Part shown: piece after piece, positions 17,144 through 19,022 of the stretch | How the letters are laid out: each line of letters starts with the position of its first letter | How positions within the stretch are numbered: position 1 is the stretch's first letter | Source: Candidatus Fervidifonticultor quintus | GTDB taxonomy: Bacteria > Sysuimicrobiota > Sysuimicrobiia > Sysuimicrobiales > Humicultoraceae | Assembly: GCA_031459535.1 (NCBI GenBank) | Contig: JAVKIJ010000061.1 | Location: 1-19,022, forward strand | DNA: 19,022 bases | Reading direction: 5' to 3' | Position numbers and translations under genes: made by a program | The notes under the pieces: generated by a model | What the model saw: only the letters and a program-made list of their open reading frames with translations | Told to the model about the DNA's origin: nothing | The model's database searches: none

Positions 17144-17191
17144 CGCCAGCCTCCGGCGCCTCGGGTGGTACGGGTACAACTGCCCACTGGT

Positions 17192-17205
17192 TGTAATCGT
17201 TTACA
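17192..17205. promoter_or_regulatory. LacI-family operator
   Basis: TGTAATCGTTTACA is a CG-centred palindrome with one mismatch. It forms an AT-rich island 48 nt upstream of the lacI start. Confidence 0.8.
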
Positions 17206-17212
17206 CAAACCT

Positions 17213-17240
17213 CTTCGGTGCGTTGCGGCGCACTCCTCCC
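17213..17240 (-). promoter_or_regulatory. Putative sigma-H-like promoter of the lacI-iol operon
   Basis: GGGAGGA-N17-GAAG has the same geometry as the B. subtilis sigma-H AGGA-N17-GAAT. The operator starts 7 nt downstream, around the expected +1. Confidence 0.5.
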
Positions 17241-17252
17241 GTGCAGGCGCGG

Positions 17253-17639
17253 CTACGCCCCGCCGCGCTCGACGGTCACGCGGGTGCCGTCACGCACCTG
17301 CCGGAAGCGGGTGGGGTCACCGTCGAGACGACCGAAGACGTTGACCGGGCTCGCGGCACGGGGCTCCTCGCCCTCGCTGGCCGGCGTCGGGCCGAAGAAG
17401 ATGCACAGCGCCTTCCCGGGCGGCCAGTACCCCAGGTCGCCAACCTCCACCACCTCGCGGCCGGCCTCACCGGGCAGGGTGAGCCCGATCCCGAAGTAGA
17501 TCTCGTCGCCCCAGCGGTTGCCCCGCCCCTCGAGGGGAAGTGCATTCCAGATCGCATCGGCCGTCTTCGTGGTGTTGAGGACCGCGGTGGCCTCGACGCT
17601 CCCGGCCCGGATGACGATGACGCGCTTCGCGCTGGTCAC
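17253..17639 (-). CDS. Cyclophilin-like fold protein (TM1367/DUF369 family), function unknown
   Basis: TADAIWNALP, WGDEIYF, VGDLGYWPPGKALCIFFGPTP and ASPVNVFG. GTG start after GGGAGGG. Confidence 0.85.
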   Translation of the reverse strand: MTSAKRVIVIRAGSVEATAVLNTTKTADAIWNALPLEGRGNRWGDEIYFGIGLTLPGEAGREVVEVGDLGYWPPGKALCIFFGPTPASEGEEPRAASPVNVFGRLDGDPTRFRQVRDGTRVTVERGGA

Positions 17640-17668
17640 GGCTGCATCCCTCCCGCTGCGCGGAAGAC

Positions 17669-17696
17669 CTTCCCCGCCGACCGACCAACCCCTCCC
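17669..17696 (-). promoter_or_regulatory. Putative sigma-H-like promoter of the cyclophilin-like gene
   Basis: GGGAGGG-N17-GAAG, the same spacing as the motif upstream of lacI, about 30 nt before the start. Confidence 0.35.
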
Positions 17697-17715
17697 GCCG
17701 CCTGCGCCTTCGGTC

Positions 17716-17721
17716 TAGAAT
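17716..17721 (+). promoter_or_regulatory. Putative sigma-70 -10 box for gcdH
   Basis: TAGAAT 29 nt upstream of the ATG in an otherwise GC-rich spacer. No recognisable -35. Confidence 0.45.
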
Positions 17722-17750
17722 CAAGGCAGACACGCCAGGGAGGCTGCCGC

Positions 17751-18929
17751 ATGAAAGAGGTGCTCGTCCGGCCCACCGACTACTACCTAGTGGACGACCT
17801 GCTCACAGAAGACGAACGGCTCGTGCGCGACACCGTGCGGCGCTTCGTGGATCGTGAGGTGCTGCCGTACGTGGGCGGCTGGTGGCTGCGCGGCGAGTTC
17901 CCGCGGCACCTGGTGAGTGTGATGGGCGACCTGGGCATGCTGGGCGCCAATCTGCCCGCAGAGTACGGCGCCGCCGGCGTCAACAACATCGCCTACGGCC
18001 TGATCCTGCAGGAACTGGAGCGCGGTGATTCGGGGCTGCGCTCCTTCGCATCGGTGCAGGGCGCGCTGGTGATGTACCCCATCTACACCTACGGGACCGA
18101 GGCGCAGAAGCGTCACTGGCTCCCGCGCCTGGCGCGGGGCGAGGCGATCGGCTGCTTCGGCCTCACCGAGCCCAGCGCCGGGTCCGACCCGGGCGCGATG
18201 CAGACCCGTGCCCGCCGCCGCGGTGACGGGTGGGAGCTCACCGGCACCAAGATGTGGATCACCAACGGCTCGCTGGCCGATGTGGCCGTGATCTGGGCGA
18301 AGGACGACGAGGGCGAAATCCGCGGCTTCCTCGTCGAACGCGGGACGCCCGGTTTCTCGGCCAACGCCCTGCACACGAAAGCCAGCATGCGCGCCTCGGA
18401 CACCTCGGAGCTGGTGTTGGAAGGTGTGCGCGTCGGCGAGGACGCGCGGCTGCCCGAGGCCAACGGACTGCGCGCGCCGCTGTCGTGCCTGACGCAGGCG
18501 CGGTACGGCATCGCCTGGGGCGCCGTGGGCGCCGCCATGGCGTGCTTCGAAGAGGCGCTGGCGTACGCGCAAGAGCGCGTCGCGTTCGGTCGGCCCATCG
18601 CCGCCACCCAGATCATCCAGCAGCGGCTGGTGGACATGTTGACCGGGATCACCCAGGGTCAGCTGCTGGTCTACCGCCTTGGCCAGCTCAAGGACCAGGG
18701 GAAGATGCGCTATACCCACGTCTCGCTGGCCAAGCGCAACAACGTGCGGATGGCGCTGGAAGTGGCGCGCGCGGCGCGATCGGTGCTCGGCGCTTACGGT
18801 ATCACGCTGGAGTACCACTCCATGCGGCACGCGGCGAACTTGGAGTCGGTGGACACGTACGAGGGCACGTACGACATCCACACGCTGATCCTGGGGCGAG
18901 ACATTACCGGCTTCGAGGCCTTCAGCTAG
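17751..18929 (+). CDS. gcdH: Glutaryl-CoA dehydrogenase (acyl-CoA dehydrogenase family)
   Basis: ATG 17751 after GGGAGG. ELERGDSGLRS..SVQ..LVMYPI, GCFGLTEP..GSDP, GTKMWITN, ARYGIAWG, KRNN and NLESVDTYEGTYDIHTLILG are GCDH-type motifs. Confidence 0.85.
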   Translation: MKEVLVRPTDYYLVDDLLTEDERLVRDTVRRFVDREVLPYVGGWWLRGEFPRHLVSVMGDLGMLGANLPAEYGAAGVNNIAYGLILQELERGDSGLRSFASVQGALVMYPIYTYGTEAQKRHWLPRLARGEAIGCFGLTEPSAGSDPGAMQTRARRRGDGWELTGTKMWITNGSLADVAVIWAKDDEGEIRGFLVERGTPGFSANALHTKASMRASDTSELVLEGVRVGEDARLPEANGLRAPLSCLTQARYGIAWGAVGAAMACFEEALAYAQERVAFGRPIAATQIIQQRLVDMLTGITQGQLLVYRLGQLKDQGKMRYTHVSLAKRNNVRMALEVARAARSVLGAYGITLEYHSMRHAANLESVDTYEGTYDIHTLILGRDITGFEAFS

Positions 18930-19022
18930 GAGCCCGTCCCGGAAATGGCGTCGAGATGAGATGCTATGAGACCTGACCTGCTTGTGAAGCGAGTACCAGG
19001 CCAGGAAAGCTCTTGGGCCGGG

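Noticed and set aside
17751-18929. gcdH as part of the inositol locus
   Set aside because: It is divergent, separated from the operator by another gene, and belongs to lysine/tryptophan/glutarate catabolism with no known link to inositol.
1-19022. CRISPR arrays, tRNA/rRNA, riboswitches, defence or phage genes
   Set aside because: No periodic repeats or recognisable RNA motifs were seen. The window is almost fully tiled by metabolic and transport genes with spacers of about 110 nt or less.

Overview
A very GC-rich (roughly 70% by eye) chromosomal window with no transposase, integrase, CRISPR array, rRNA or tRNA that I can recognise. Most of it (100-17143, minus strand) is one tightly packed 15-gene carbohydrate locus. 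In transcription order: LacI-family regulator, iolM-like Zn dehydrogenase, CUT1 sugar ABC transporter (binding protein plus two permeases, no ATPase), iolI-like inosose isomerase, IolG-like Gfo/Idh/MocA dehydrogenase, Cof-type HAD phosphatase, a first AfuABC/FbpABC-family transporter, iolO-like epimerase, and a second, closely AfuABC-like transporter. It reads as an inositol/inositol-phosphate scavenging cluster that combines Thermotoga-type (IolM, IolO) and Bacillus-type (IolI) enzymes. It lacks the ring-opening enzymes of either known pathway (no iolN, no iolE/iolD). Upstream are a LacI-type operator, sigma-H-like promoter motifs, a TM1367-like cyclophilin-fold gene and a divergent glutaryl-CoA dehydrogenase gene. 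All family calls come from recognised motifs and remembered reference proteins; no database search was run.
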